This document shows, piece by piece, positions 16,760 through 27,045 of a DNA stretch of 64,000 bases. The stretch is from Polyangiales bacterium (GTDB taxonomy: Bacteria; Myxococcota_A; Polyangia; Polyangiales; Houyiibacteriaceae). The position numbers and the translations under genes are program-made. The notes under the pieces are model-generated. The model did not search any database and was not told the origin of the DNA. It saw only the letters and a program-made list of their open reading frames with translations. The stretch spans positions 32,495 to 96,494 of the forward strand of contig JBGCFM010000049.1 of the NCBI GenBank assembly GCA_045106895.1, written 5' to 3'. Every line of letters begins with the position of its first letter. Position 1 is the first letter of the stretch.

Positions 16760-19738
16760 TCAGATCTCGCGGCGCCAATGATGCGCTGAATGCACGTCAC
16801 CCGCTTCGGACGCGGAAGCGTGGGCGGCACGGAAACGTTCGCGCGCTTCTGCGGTGTCGCCTGCTTTTCTCGCGAGGGTGCCCAGCAGACCTTGGCCTCT
16901 TGCCACGAGGGCAGGAGCGTCACCCAGCGCCGTTGCCAGCGAGATGGCGGACTCCGCCTCTTGCCTCGCACGCTCCAAATCACCGGCCGCGAGTGTCGCG
17001 TCGGCCAACTGAAACTGCGCGAGCGTCTGGGACAGGCCTTCGCCCGTCGAGAGTTCAAGAGCCCGGCGAAATGCGTTGGCTGCGCCAGCCGGGTCGCCCG
17101 CGGCGAGTCGTAGTTCACCGATCGCAAGCTGGAGTTCGATCTCCGCGCCAACATCTTCGCCGGTGACGATTTCAAGGGCTTGGCCGAAGAGCCGCATCGC
17201 GTCGCGATGACGTTCGCGTAGCTGAGCGATTCGACCAAGGACGATGTAGAGTCGGCCGCGCGCGAGGGAAGAAGGTCCGGCGAGATCCAAGACCTCGCGG
17301 ATGACTCCGTCGGCGTGGGCGATGTCGCCGGCGTTGGCGAGCGCCCAGGCGAGCTTTCGTGAGAACGTGACGATGGCGGCGTCCATGACGTCATCACCGC
17401 TCTCCATCATCTCGCGTCTTGCCAGCTCAAGGCAGCGCCGGAAGGCGAGGATGGATGCGCGGTGGTCGCCACGTTTGGCTCCGGCGTCTCCCATTCGCTC
17501 GAGCGTCATCAGCGCGCGCATTGTCTCGCCGCTTCGGTAGGCGTGTTCGGCCACGACCTCAAGCGCCGCGTCCGGACGCTTCGAAACCACATTCTGCACA
17601 TCCAAATGAAGCTTCTTGCGGGCTTCCGCCGGCATGAACGCTTCGATGAGGCGGGAGATGAAGGGGTGGGTGATTTCGAGGGAGCCGCTCACAAGAGAGG
17701 CGAGCCGTTTGTTCGTCAGGGTGTCGCCGGCGCGAATGTCCTCGATGGACACGACTTCGCGAAGCTCTTCGAGACTCGCCCGCCCACCGAATACCGCCAA
17801 AGCCTGAAGGAGTCGGCGTGCTTCGATGTCGAGGTCGTCGAAGCGTTGGGACACGGCGTCGGCAAGACGAGGAGGCAAGCCCGCGTCGACGGGTGACCTC
17901 GCCCCGAGCGCTTCGATCTGCTCCAAAAAGAGCGGAAGGAATCGGCGCTTCGTGAGCTCCGGACCATCCGAATCTCCGCTGTCTGACTTTGCGAAGAATC
18001 GCTGGCTCTCGGCGAGCGTAAGTCCCTCGACCTCGATGGAGGTCTCGGCGTCGACGGGCGCGTGACTCGCGAACAGAAGGGTCAGCGGGAGGGCGTCCTC
18101 ACGAGCGAGACGACGGAGCACCCGCTGCGAGAGAACGTCGCACTCGTCGAAGTCGTCGACGATGAGGGCGATGCGTGATGCTCCCGTGCGTTCGAGAGCG
18201 ATATCCAAGGTCGCTCGGAGAGCGCGGGCGACTGCAGCCGAGCGGGACCCGCCGAGTTTGCCACGTAAGCCCTTCGGAGAGATGAGCTCGGACAGGCCCG
18301 CGCAGGCGATGGGGTCCGCGAAGAGCGGCTCTTCTTGCTCGAGATCACCGATGTCTTCCACCGGCATGTCGAGGAGACCCGTCAAGAGCTGGCGAATCAC
18401 AAGGTAGGGCACGGGCGCGCCGAGGGGGTGAGGCGTGGACCCAATGACGAGGTCGCCGGCGGTCGAGAGGAGCGTTCCCGTCTCTCGCAGCAACCGGCTC
18501 TTGCCGATACCCGCTTCGCCGTGGAGCGAAATGCATCGAACACCGGTTCCCCGCGCAGCGTTCATGATCTCATCGAGGATCGAACGACGTCCAACGAGTG
18601 GTCGGTCGTCGTCGCTCAGCGGATAGAACGACGCCTGCGAAGAAGAGCGCGAGCGGCGTGAAGGAAGCGAAGCTCCCAGCCGGGTCCCGCAGCTTCCACA
18701 GAAGCGCATCGACTCTGGGTTCTCGGCGCTGCAGCTCGGGCAGACGATGACATCTTGGCGGGGGGCGCTCAGACCCTCCCGAGCCAGCTCGATCGCCTTC
18801 GACATCTCGTGGGCGGTTTGGTAGCGGTCCTCCGGTTTCTTTTGGAGCGCCCGCATCGCGATCTCCGCAAGGCTGTCGGGGATGCCGCGATGAGGGGCCG
18901 CTTTTCTTGGGTCCGGGACCGGGTCGTTGATGTGGCGAAGGACGACTTTGGTCGGGGTCTCATCTTCGAAGGGAAGGTGGTCCGCCAGCAGCTCGAAGAG
19001 AACCACGCCGAGGGCATAGAGGTCACCGCGACCGTCGACGGCTTCGCCACGGCCTTGCTCCGGCGGCATGTAGTCGGGGGTGCCGCACACCAAGCCGGGC
19101 TTCGTGATCGACGTGTTCTCTCGGCCGACGATGGTCGCGAGACCGAAATCGACAACTTTGACGAGGTCTCGGCCCGAACCCATGTTCCGAAGAATGATGT
19201 TCTCGGGCTTCAGGTCGCGGTGCACGACGTCGTTGCGATGCGCTTCTTCGAGGGCGCTGAGGACCTCCGTAAGGATGTCGCAGCTTCGCCGAAACGGGAT
19301 GGGCCCGTCTTCGTGCATGATCATCGCTAGGTCGCGACCCGCGAGGAATTCCATCGCGAGGTAGAGGACGCCGTCGTCGGTTCGACCGAAGTCGATGATG
19401 CTCACGCTGTTCGGGTGGTTCAGCCGGCTGCTGGCGCGAGCTTCGGTGTAGAAGCGCGCAACGGTTTGATCGTCGCTCAGCAGATGTGGGTGAATCACCT
19501 TGATGGCGACGGTGCGGCCCAGGGTGCTCTGCTCGGCGCGGTACACGCGGCCCATGCCGCCGACACCGACGATCTCTTGCATGACGTAGGAGCCGCCAAT
19601 GGTGCGTCCAACGAGTGGATCCGTCGAAGCTCCGGACTCTTTGAGCAAGAGTGCTCCGCACGAAGCGCAAAAGCGGTCTTCAAGACTGGAGGCTGATCCG
19701 CACTGGTGGCAGAGACGCACCGCCGGACAATACACCAT
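16760..19738 (-). CDS. Hanks-type Ser/Thr protein kinase with zinc ribbons, AAA/P-loop ATPase domain and C-terminal TPRs
   Basis: CHQCG..FCASCG; GVGGMGRVY, VAIK, HRDLKPEN, DFG; CPSC..FCGSCG; Walker A GEAGIGKS and Walker B LIVDD; helical repeats at the end. Confidence 0.92.
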   Translation of the reverse strand: MVYCPAVRLCHQCGSASSLEDRFCASCGALLLKESGASTDPLVGRTIGGSYVMQEIVGVGGMGRVYRAEQSTLGRTVAIKVIHPHLLSDDQTVARFYTEARASSRLNHPNSVSIIDFGRTDDGVLYLAMEFLAGRDLAMIMHEDGPIPFRRSCDILTEVLSALEEAHRNDVVHRDLKPENIILRNMGSGRDLVKVVDFGLATIVGRENTSITKPGLVCGTPDYMPPEQGRGEAVDGRGDLYALGVVLFELLADHLPFEDETPTKVVLRHINDPVPDPRKAAPHRGIPDSLAEIAMRALQKKPEDRYQTAHEMSKAIELAREGLSAPRQDVIVCPSCSAENPESMRFCGSCGTRLGASLPSRRSRSSSQASFYPLSDDDRPLVGRRSILDEIMNAARGTGVRCISLHGEAGIGKSRLLRETGTLLSTAGDLVIGSTPHPLGAPVPYLVIRQLLTGLLDMPVEDIGDLEQEEPLFADPIACAGLSELISPKGLRGKLGGSRSAAVARALRATLDIALERTGASRIALIVDDFDECDVLSQRVLRRLAREDALPLTLLFASHAPVDAETSIEVEGLTLAESQRFFAKSDSGDSDGPELTKRRFLPLFLEQIEALGARSPVDAGLPPRLADAVSQRFDDLDIEARRLLQALAVFGGRASLEELREVVSIEDIRAGDTLTNKRLASLVSGSLEITHPFISRLIEAFMPAEARKKLHLDVQNVVSKRPDAALEVVAEHAYRSGETMRALMTLERMGDAGAKRGDHRASILAFRRCLELARREMMESGDDVMDAAIVTFSRKLAWALANAGDIAHADGVIREVLDLAGPSSLARGRLYIVLGRIAQLRERHRDAMRLFGQALEIVTGEDVGAEIELQLAIGELRLAAGDPAGAANAFRRALELSTGEGLSQTLAQFQLADATLAAGDLERARQEAESAISLATALGDAPALVARGQGLLGTLARKAGDTAEARERFRAAHASASEAGDVHSAHHWRREI

Positions 19739-19858
19739 TCAGGTACGCCTCACGTACGGAAGATCGATTGATTTGTTTACGTCGCCAGAATCCGCCACCC
19801 GCCTTGACGCGGACGCGCGGGCCTTGACGAACGCTCGTGAGCACGCTCCGATGTATCC

Positions 19859-20611
19859 GTGGCGAGCGATTTCGCGGAGTCGAGTGCTCCAGAGCTTTCA
19901 GGAGAACCGCCGAAGGGCGCTGGCGATACGAAGGCCCTCCTATGGGTGGGTGCTGTCGCGCTCAACCTTTGGCTCGTCGCCGTGGCCATTCCAGGTCTGC
20001 GTGCGCAGTCCGAATCGTCCATCGTCGAAATTGCGTTCGCTGCCCTTACTCTTTTTGGGGTGGGTGTTGCCGCATACAGCGCCAGGGAGCGGCGCAGTGC
20101 CTTGCTCCTCGTCGCGTTTCCAACACTTACCTTTGTCCACCTCGCCGCGGGGTTTGGCGCCCAAGACGGCTTCGCCCTCATCGCGACGAGCGGCGCCATG
20201 GCGGCCTATGTGGCGACGGCCTCGGTGTTTGGCTCCCGACCAAGCTGGCGAAGCGTACATGTGCGCACACTCGGCGAACGTCCCCCGGGAAAGGAAGCCG
20301 CGCGGCGTGCGGGGCTTCGTCGTTTCGTCACCGCGCTCGTGGCTATCGCGTCCTTTGTCGTTGGCGTGGTTGTTCCTGCTCTGGGCTTCGACGATGCGAG
20401 CTGGAACGAAAACGCGAGGCCAGCGGCACGTGCTCTTGTCGCCGTCATGAGCGGCCTGGTCGCGACGCTCATGCTCGCCGCTTTCGCAGGTCCCGCCGCA
20501 CGCCGTCGCCGTCGCGGCTCGTCGACGGCGGAACGTCGAAGCCGTCGCGTCGGGATGCTCCTCACGGTGGCCATCTTCGGCGCGTTCCTGGCGTTCGTCA
20601 TCTCTCGCTGA
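19859..20611 (+). CDS. Hypothetical integral membrane protein (~7 TM)
   Basis: Multiple hydrophobic stretches separated by Arg-rich loops. Confidence 0.6.
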   Translation: MASDFAESSAPELSGEPPKGAGDTKALLWVGAVALNLWLVAVAIPGLRAQSESSIVEIAFAALTLFGVGVAAYSARERRSALLLVAFPTLTFVHLAAGFGAQDGFALIATSGAMAAYVATASVFGSRPSWRSVHVRTLGERPPGKEAARRAGLRRFVTALVAIASFVVGVVVPALGFDDASWNENARPAARALVAVMSGLVATLMLAAFAGPAARRRRRGSSTAERRSRRVGMLLTVAIFGAFLAFVISR

Positions 20612-20660
20612 GCGCAGAGCACGACAGCACCGGCCGAGCGCCTGGTTTGGCGTCGAGAGC

Positions 20661-22115
20661 CTACTCGGCGCTCTTCACCACGGCTTCGTAGTCGGCGCGG
20701 AGGGAGTCGACTTGGGCGAGCAATGACGCGCGCTGGCCCAGGAGCGCACGGACTCGTCGTTTTTGCGTTCGAAAGAGCACGCCAAAGAGGATGCGTCGAC
20801 GCATCTGCTGCAGCGTGCGCCGATAGCGCATGAACCACACGCCGCTCGTCGCGACGACAAAGAGGTAGAGCGCCGTGACGAGCCAGGAGCCGGACCCATG
20901 CCAGGCGATGGCGCCGAAGGCGAAGTAAGCGGCGCCGAAGAAACCGAGCCCACCTCCGAAGGCGCGAATCGCCATCATCGCTTCTTCCGGCGCCGCCAGG
21001 GCGAAGCGGCGCGTCAGCCGAAAAGGGACGAAGTTGTGAATCAACCCGTAGAGCGCGATGGGCGAGAGGAAGACGGCGTAGAGCATGAGCCAGATGCTCT
21101 GCCGCCTCGTCGAGAGCGTCTCGGCATTGCGCTCGGCGAAGTCCTCTCGCAGGCGTAGTCGCTCGAGGTGGGTCTGGTAACGGCTCAAGTCTTCTTCGAG
21201 TTTTTGGAGTCGTTCGGGTTCGTGCTCTTGGAAGTGTTCTGCCGCGTCAGCGATCCACTGTTTGACCTGGAAACGTTCTTCCAAGGGGGCCTTTTGTTTT
21301 CCGCGTCCAAGTACGCGCTGGGTCAGGCGTTCGTCGAAGGTTCGGAGGTCGAGGCTCGGCGCGATTTCGTCCGCGATGCGCTCGCCGGCGAGGGCGTCGA
21401 TGGCTTCGACGAGGTCTACCGCGTGTTCGTCTACGTGTGTCGCGACGCTGCGCATTGCGTCCTGAAGGCGGTCGGTGACTTCGCGCGCGGCGGCGCTTGG
21501 GTCTTCGGCGTAGCGCGCTTCGTAGGCGCGTAGCTCGATGGGCTCGCCGAAGCGAACGAGGACCTTGGACAGAAAGCGGTCGCGGTCTTCGTAGTTGAGG
21601 CCCACGGGAATGATGCGTAGGTCGAGGGCGAAACCCGCCGCCGCTTCCGCGCCGAGACCGATGCGCGCGCAGCCGGTCTTGATGTCGCGGACAAAACGAG
21701 TGGGCGCGTTCTGACCTTCGGGAAAGATGCCGAGGACATCGCCGCCCCTGAGGAGCTCGTAGGCGGCGGCGAAGGCGTCGTCGTTGGACATCGACGCCGA
21801 CGGGTCTTTCAGATCTTGGCGGCGCCGGATTGGAATCGCTCCGGCGCCACGCAAGAGCGCACCCACGACGGGGTTTTTGAAGAGCCCACTGCGCGCCAGG
21901 TAGTGAATCGTTCTCGGAACCTCACTCCCAAGGACCAAGGTGTCCATGATGGAGTTTGGGTGGTTGGACGCGAAGATCGTCGCCCCATGCGCCGGAATAT
22001 TGCTCTCACCGCTCGTCTGGATGTCCAGGAAGAAGAAACGAATCCCGCGGCGAAAGGCTCGTCTGAGGGATGAATAGAGCCAAGGCACACGGAAGCCTAT
22101 CGCCCGCGGCTGCAA
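20661..22115 (-). CDS. Phospholipid/glycerol acyltransferase (PlsC-like) with C-terminal TM extension
   Basis: NHPNSIMD (HX4D), IFPEG motifs; start may be GTG 22088. Confidence 0.88.
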   Translation of the reverse strand: MQPRAIGFRVPWLYSSLRRAFRRGIRFFFLDIQTSGESNIPAHGATIFASNHPNSIMDTLVLGSEVPRTIHYLARSGLFKNPVVGALLRGAGAIPIRRRQDLKDPSASMSNDDAFAAAYELLRGGDVLGIFPEGQNAPTRFVRDIKTGCARIGLGAEAAAGFALDLRIIPVGLNYEDRDRFLSKVLVRFGEPIELRAYEARYAEDPSAAAREVTDRLQDAMRSVATHVDEHAVDLVEAIDALAGERIADEIAPSLDLRTFDERLTQRVLGRGKQKAPLEERFQVKQWIADAAEHFQEHEPERLQKLEEDLSRYQTHLERLRLREDFAERNAETLSTRRQSIWLMLYAVFLSPIALYGLIHNFVPFRLTRRFALAAPEEAMMAIRAFGGGLGFFGAAYFAFGAIAWHGSGSWLVTALYLFVVATSGVWFMRYRRTLQQMRRRILFGVLFRTQKRRVRALLGQRASLLAQVDSLRADYEAVVKSAE

Positions 22116-22188
22116 AGCTCCACGAAATCGCTCCGCCGACGTTCAACCTCGTCAACCTAAGCTCCGCAACCTGCTAGTGTCCGCCGCT

Positions 22189-23739
22189 ATGAAAAGCGTC
22201 GATGTTGGAGAGCGGTTTGGGCTTGGGGATCTAGAGGCGATCGCCCGCGGCGAGGCGCTGCTGGTGTTTAGGGATGAAGCTCGGCAACGCGTGCGGGCAG
22301 CCAACGCGTTCGTGCGAAGCCTCGCCCAAAAAGGCAACGCGGCTCCCAACGTGTACGGCGTGAACACGGGCTTCGGCGCCCTCGCGGAGACGCGTATCGA
22401 TGAAGGTGAGATCGAGACCCTTCAGCACAACCTTCTGCGCAGCCACGCGTGCGGCGTCGGCGCCGACCTGCCGAGGGACTCCGTGCGGGCGATGATCGCG
22501 CTCCGCGCTCAGGTGCTCGCCCTCGGTCACTCCGGCGTTCGTGAGGTGGTCATCGAGCGACTGCTCTCGCTCTTGGAAAAGGATGTGCTGCCTCGCGTTC
22601 CCGCTCAGGGTTCCGTCGGCGCGAGCGGCGACTTGGCGCCATTGGCGCACTTGGCGCTGGTTCTCATCGGCGAAGGGGAAGCCGACTTTGAGGGCGTGCG
22701 CAGCAGCGGCGCTGATGCGCTTCGTCGCGCCGGCATTGAGCCCATTCGTCTACAGGCCAAAGAAGGTTTGGCGCTCATCAACGGAACACAGCTCATGCTC
22801 GCCATCGGCGGCCTTGCTGTGGTTCGCGGTCGAAGGCTCTGTCAGATGGCCGACGTGATGGGCGCCATCAGCCTCGACGCCTTGCAGGGTTCGGCGCGAC
22901 CTTTCGATGAACGTATTCAGTCCGTGCGCCCCCATCCAGGGCAGGCGGCGAGCGCCGGGAACTTGCGTAAGCTCCTCGCGCAGAGCGACATCATGGAGAG
23001 TCACCGCGACTGCAAGAAAGTGCAGGACCCGTACTCGCTTCGTTGCATGCCGCAGATTCACGGCGCGAGTCGGGATGCGTTGGAGTTCGCGTGGAACGTT
23101 TGTGAACGCGAGATCATGGCGGCGACGGACAATCCGCTCATCTTTGTGGATGAAGCCGCGGAGCATGGTGCGGAGGTCATCAGTGGCGGGAACTTCCATG
23201 GGCAACCTTTGGCCATCGCTTTGGATACAGCGGCGATGGCCATCGCTGAGCTCGCCAACGTCTCCGAGCGCCGAATCGAGCAGCTGGTCAACCCGGCGAT
23301 GTCGAGCGGCCTTCCGCCCTTTTTGGGAACACGAAGCGGCCTCGACTCCGGATTCATGATGGCGCAGGTCACCGCCGCGGCGCTGGTGAGCGAAAACCGT
23401 GTGCTCTGTCATCCTTCGTCGACGGATTCGATACCGAGCTCTGCGGGCAAAGAGGACCACGTATCCATGGGCAGCATCTCGGCGCGCCACGCAGCCCGCG
23501 TGGCGGACCACGTCGAGATTGTGCTCGGCATCGAAGGCCTGGTGGCCGCGCAAGGCGTTGACCTGCGCGGCCTCGCGCCTGGTCTTGGAGTGCGTGCGGC
23601 GCATGCATGCATTCGGACGCGGGTCCCGAAGCTCGACGGGGACCGAACGCTGCATCCAGACATGGAGGCGGTACGCGCGCAGATCGCCGACGGGAGTCTT
23701 CAAGCCGCCGTCGAAGGCGCGATCGGTACGCTGCTGTGA
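22189..23739 (+). CDS. hutH: Histidine ammonia-lyase
   Basis: YGVNTGFG, LRSHACGVG, MIO-forming GASGDLAP, QDPYSLRC, GGNFHG, EDHVSMG. Confidence 0.96.
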   Translation: MKSVDVGERFGLGDLEAIARGEALLVFRDEARQRVRAANAFVRSLAQKGNAAPNVYGVNTGFGALAETRIDEGEIETLQHNLLRSHACGVGADLPRDSVRAMIALRAQVLALGHSGVREVVIERLLSLLEKDVLPRVPAQGSVGASGDLAPLAHLALVLIGEGEADFEGVRSSGADALRRAGIEPIRLQAKEGLALINGTQLMLAIGGLAVVRGRRLCQMADVMGAISLDALQGSARPFDERIQSVRPHPGQAASAGNLRKLLAQSDIMESHRDCKKVQDPYSLRCMPQIHGASRDALEFAWNVCEREIMAATDNPLIFVDEAAEHGAEVISGGNFHGQPLAIALDTAAMAIAELANVSERRIEQLVNPAMSSGLPPFLGTRSGLDSGFMMAQVTAAALVSENRVLCHPSSTDSIPSSAGKEDHVSMGSISARHAARVADHVEIVLGIEGLVAAQGVDLRGLAPGLGVRAAHACIRTRVPKLDGDRTLHPDMEAVRAQIADGSLQAAVEGAIGTLL

Positions 23740-24638
23740 AGCGAACCCTGGCGCTGGCCTTGTTGGCGCTAGTTCTGCTCCGGTCTGGGCCCGCGTCTGC
23801 TCAGGCCCAGGAAGCAGCGGAGCCGGGGCCTGTCGCCGAGACGGGCCCGGACGCCAGCGACGGAGAGCCTGAGGACGCCGTCGTCTCGGGCGAGGGAGTT
23901 CCTGCGGGAGACCCGCTCGCCGCTCCTGATGAGGACGCTTCTGTTCCGAGTGAGGACACGAGCGATGAATACGTCCTCGGTGAAAGCACGCTCCACTTGG
24001 ACATGCCGACGTCGCCGATGTCGATGGAGAGTCTCCAAGGAAGCGATGGGAGCACCGACGCGACAGTCGTCATGCATCACGATTTAGAACTCGCGCTCCG
24101 TCTTCCTACGTACGACTTTGACGGCGTCTCGTTCATCAGCGCATCGCGTTCGCTCATCACCGCGGTCCTCGAGACCTACTGCGCCGCGGGCCTGCTCTTC
24201 CCCGGCGACGACGGATACGACGTCGGCGAAGTGCTCCTCGGTGCCGGCTGTCTCCTCGGCGCCACGACGCTCTACATCATGGGCATTCGGAAGTTGATGC
24301 ATCCGAGCGAAGAGCGACGCGCCATCGAGCGACTCGCTCGTTTCGAAGCACTTCGCAATGGCGAAGGCGTCAGCGACGAAGACGTCGCCATGTTCGAGAA
24401 CGAACTGCATTCCGCGGCTCGTCGCGACCGCCGCCGCCGCATCATCGAGATCATCTTCGGTGGTCTCAACATCGTCGCGACGGCGACCATCGCTGGCCTC
24501 ACGGCGCGTGGGCGAATCGACAGCACCGTCGGCACCAGCATTGCCACTGGGACCGGCGCGCTCGGCGTGCTGAGTCTCTCGTCGATCTTTGTGCGCTCGC
24601 CTTCGGAGCGCGCGTGGAGCGGGTACGAGGCGCGCTAG
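23736..24638 (+). CDS. Hypothetical secreted/membrane protein
   Basis: GTGA overlap with hutH stop; signal peptide MKRTLALALLALVLL..AQA, acidic linker, C-terminal hydrophobic helices. Confidence 0.6.
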   Translation: MKRTLALALLALVLLRSGPASAQAQEAAEPGPVAETGPDASDGEPEDAVVSGEGVPAGDPLAAPDEDASVPSEDTSDEYVLGESTLHLDMPTSPMSMESLQGSDGSTDATVVMHHDLELALRLPTYDFDGVSFISASRSLITAVLETYCAAGLLFPGDDGYDVGEVLLGAGCLLGATTLYIMGIRKLMHPSEERRAIERLARFEALRNGEGVSDEDVAMFENELHSAARRDRRRRIIEIIFGGLNIVATATIAGLTARGRIDSTVGTSIATGTGALGVLSLSSIFVRSPSERAWSGYEAR

Positions 24639-25699
24639 TCGTGGCTCACAAGCCACTCGTGGAGCGTCGGCCAAACTTCGTCCGGTGCTCGCTCACCCAT
24701 GATCAGGTCGAAGTGACCGTAGTCGTCGCGCTGACCGTACTCTTTGCCAAAGGCTCGCGCTTCTTGGGCATGGCGCGCTGAGGCTTCGGGGTCGCATTGG
24801 GGGTCAGCGCTTCCGGAGAGCGCCAGGGTGGGTGTCGCGCCGGGGAGTTCTTGCGCGAAGCTTCGCTCACCGTCGCGGAGGCCGCCTTTGCCGAAGCAGG
24901 TCGCCAGGTCGCGCAGGACTGGTGAGCTTACCGAGTGGAGACCCACGGCGGTGAGACGCCGGTAGAGTTCGCGGTCGACGTTGGAGTGGTGAACGTTGAC
25001 GGCGTCGATGGCGTTGGGAACGGCGAGGGCGACGGGCGCCATCGCGGCGGCGAGGGCGCCGAGGGGAACGGAGGACATCAGGCGAGTCAGGGGGAGGGCG
25101 CGGCTCACGCCGTGGAAGACGCTCGGCGTTCCGCTGTAGTCGATGGCGGACGCGATGGTCGTCATGGAGCGGAAACGTGTCTCGCCGCCGGCAAGACGCG
25201 CGAGGCCTGCGATGCCGCCCATGCTGTGACCGACCCAATGCACTTCATTCGCGCCCAGAGCGTCGTGGAGCGCTTCGAGTGCCGCAGGCAGGTCGCGATT
25301 GGCGTAGTCGAAGAGCCCCCAGCCATAGCGGAGTCCCCCTTGGCCGGCCTTCTGGCTCCGTCCGTGACCACGAAACTCCAGACAGTAGACGTCAAAGCCG
25401 AGCTCACTGAGCCAGCGCGCGAGGCTCGTTTGTGGGGAGAGATCCCACGAGAAACGATTGGCACCGAGGCCATGGCACAAGATGACGGGGTGGCGCCGTG
25501 ATGGGCGTCGTCCGTAGCGCGTGAGGGCGACCTCCACTTGGTCTTCGGTGGTGGCGAAGAGCACGCTTCGAGCGCGCTCCGCGGCGTTCCAGCGGGCGAG
25601 GTGTCGAAGGCGTCCTCGGCTTAGCCAACGGTTCATTCGCCGGCCGCGGGCAAACACGCTGCCCTCGTCGTCGCCGTTGCTCAAAGTGTGCAGCGTCAT
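24635..25699 (-). CDS. Alpha/beta-fold hydrolase (lipase/PhaC-like)
   Basis: LCHGLGAN, nucleophile elbow GHSMGG, C-terminal DYGHFDL. Confidence 0.88.
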   Translation of the reverse strand: MTLHTLSNGDDEGSVFARGRRMNRWLSRGRLRHLARWNAAERARSVLFATTEDQVEVALTRYGRRPSRRHPVILCHGLGANRFSWDLSPQTSLARWLSELGFDVYCLEFRGHGRSQKAGQGGLRYGWGLFDYANRDLPAALEALHDALGANEVHWVGHSMGGIAGLARLAGGETRFRSMTTIASAIDYSGTPSVFHGVSRALPLTRLMSSVPLGALAAAMAPVALAVPNAIDAVNVHHSNVDRELYRRLTAVGLHSVSSPVLRDLATCFGKGGLRDGERSFAQELPGATPTLALSGSADPQCDPEASARHAQEARAFGKEYGQRDDYGHFDLIMGERAPDEVWPTLHEWLVSHD

Positions 25700-25962
25700 G
25701 CGCGCTCTTTCCGGAGATGTGCGCGAAGCGCATCGATAACGGGAGGGGGCGCGTCCATCGGCGCGCCATCACGCTCGAAGGCCTGGGCGGTCTGCGTGAC
25801 TTCGTTTTGAGCGCCGCCATCGGCATACTCGTGGGACCAGGAGTACCAGCGGAGGGAGTCGCCACGCGCCTCGACGGCGTGGTAGCCACCGACCTCGCCG
25901 GAGTTCCAGCGCCATGTCTTGGAAGGCTGGTTTAGGAAAGCTTTTAGGGCGTCGCGGTTCAC
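25696..25962 (-). CDS. Hypothetical protein (88 aa)
   Basis: ATGA overlap with downstream hydrolase; plausible composition. Confidence 0.55.
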   Translation of the reverse strand: MNRDALKAFLNQPSKTWRWNSGEVGGYHAVEARGDSLRWYSWSHEYADGGAQNEVTQTAQAFERDGAPMDAPPPVIDALRAHLRKERA

Positions 25963-25990
25963 GCTCGTGTGGCCCCTGAAGTCTTATCCC

Positions 25991-27016
25991 TCACGGAGAA
26001 ACCTCAGCTGGCTCCGTTTGTTCCGTCTGTTCCGTCTGCGCGGCGTTGGCGCTTCGATCGGCGAGGGTCTCGGTGGCGATCCAGCCCACGTGCGCCGCAA
26101 AGGCAAGGCAAAGAAGGAGGCCACCTAGTCGGCCGACACGGCCCCGCTTGGGCGCGAGGGCGAGGAGCCAGAAGAGCGCCAGCACCCCCATCATCACGGG
26201 GCCGTCGCGCGTCAGGACGCTCTCTTCGACGGGGCCGGGATGAATCAGGCCAGGCAGGCCCAGGACGCCGAGCGTGTTGAAGAGGTTTGAGCCGATGATG
26301 TTGCCAACGGCGATGTCGTGTTCGTTGCGCCGCGCCGCGACGACGGTCGCCGCGAGCTCAGGAAGGCTCGTGCCGAAGGCGACGACGGTGAGGCCGATGA
26401 CCGACGACTCGACGCCGGCGTACTCTGCGACGAAGACGGCGCCATCGACGAGAATCTTGGCGCCGACCAAGAGGACTGCGAGCCCGGTCGCGAGCCACAC
26501 GAGGGCACGCTTCGTCGTCATGTCTTCCGGGAGGTCTTCGAGGCCCTCGGGCTCAGCCTTCTCCTTGATGCCCTGACGCACCACGAGGCCGATCATCAAG
26601 AAAAGACCGCCGAGCAAGAGTCCGCCATCGAGGCGGTTCAGGTCGCCGTCGAGGAGGAGGAGCATCGTGAGCCCCATCACCCCCAGAAGGATCGGCGTGT
26701 CGATGGCCATCACCTTTCGATGGACCGTCAAGGGTCGAACGATGGTCGCGATTCCGAGAACGAGCGCGACGTTCGTGATGTTGGAACCGAGGGCGTTTCC
26801 GACGCTCATGCCGGGGGCGCCTTCGAGGGCGGCGAGGCTCGAAACCAGTAGCTCAGGCGCCGAGGTGCCGAAACCGACGATGGTCAGGCCGATCACCAGC
26901 GGCGAAACCCCGAAGCCCTTTGCGCAGCCGGCGGCGCCAAGGACAAAGCGGTCCGCGCCCCAGACGAGCATGACGAATCCAGCCAAAATGGCCGCTATGG
27001 GAAGAATAAGCTCCAG
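25991..27016 (-). CDS. Calcium/sodium antiporter (YrbG/CaCA family)
   Basis: Duplicated alpha-repeats GTSAPE / GTSLPE and GNALGSN / GNIIGSN; frame open to 27031, start placed at CTG 27016 (ORF track uses TTG 26986). Confidence 0.92.
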   Translation of the reverse strand: MELILPIAAILAGFVMLVWGADRFVLGAAGCAKGFGVSPLVIGLTIVGFGTSAPELLVSSLAALEGAPGMSVGNALGSNITNVALVLGIATIVRPLTVHRKVMAIDTPILLGVMGLTMLLLLDGDLNRLDGGLLLGGLFLMIGLVVRQGIKEKAEPEGLEDLPEDMTTKRALVWLATGLAVLLVGAKILVDGAVFVAEYAGVESSVIGLTVVAFGTSLPELAATVVAARRNEHDIAVGNIIGSNLFNTLGVLGLPGLIHPGPVEESVLTRDGPVMMGVLALFWLLALAPKRGRVGRLGGLLLCLAFAAHVGWIATETLADRSANAAQTEQTEQTEPAEVSP

Positions 27017-27045
27017 AATTCTAGGTCCGCGCTAGTGAGTACACG

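Noticed and set aside
22189..23739. Ammonia-lyase without other hut genes as a possible PAL/TAL for secondary metabolism
   Set aside because: The LRSHA specificity segment is the histidine ammonia-lyase type and no biosynthetic cluster is adjacent
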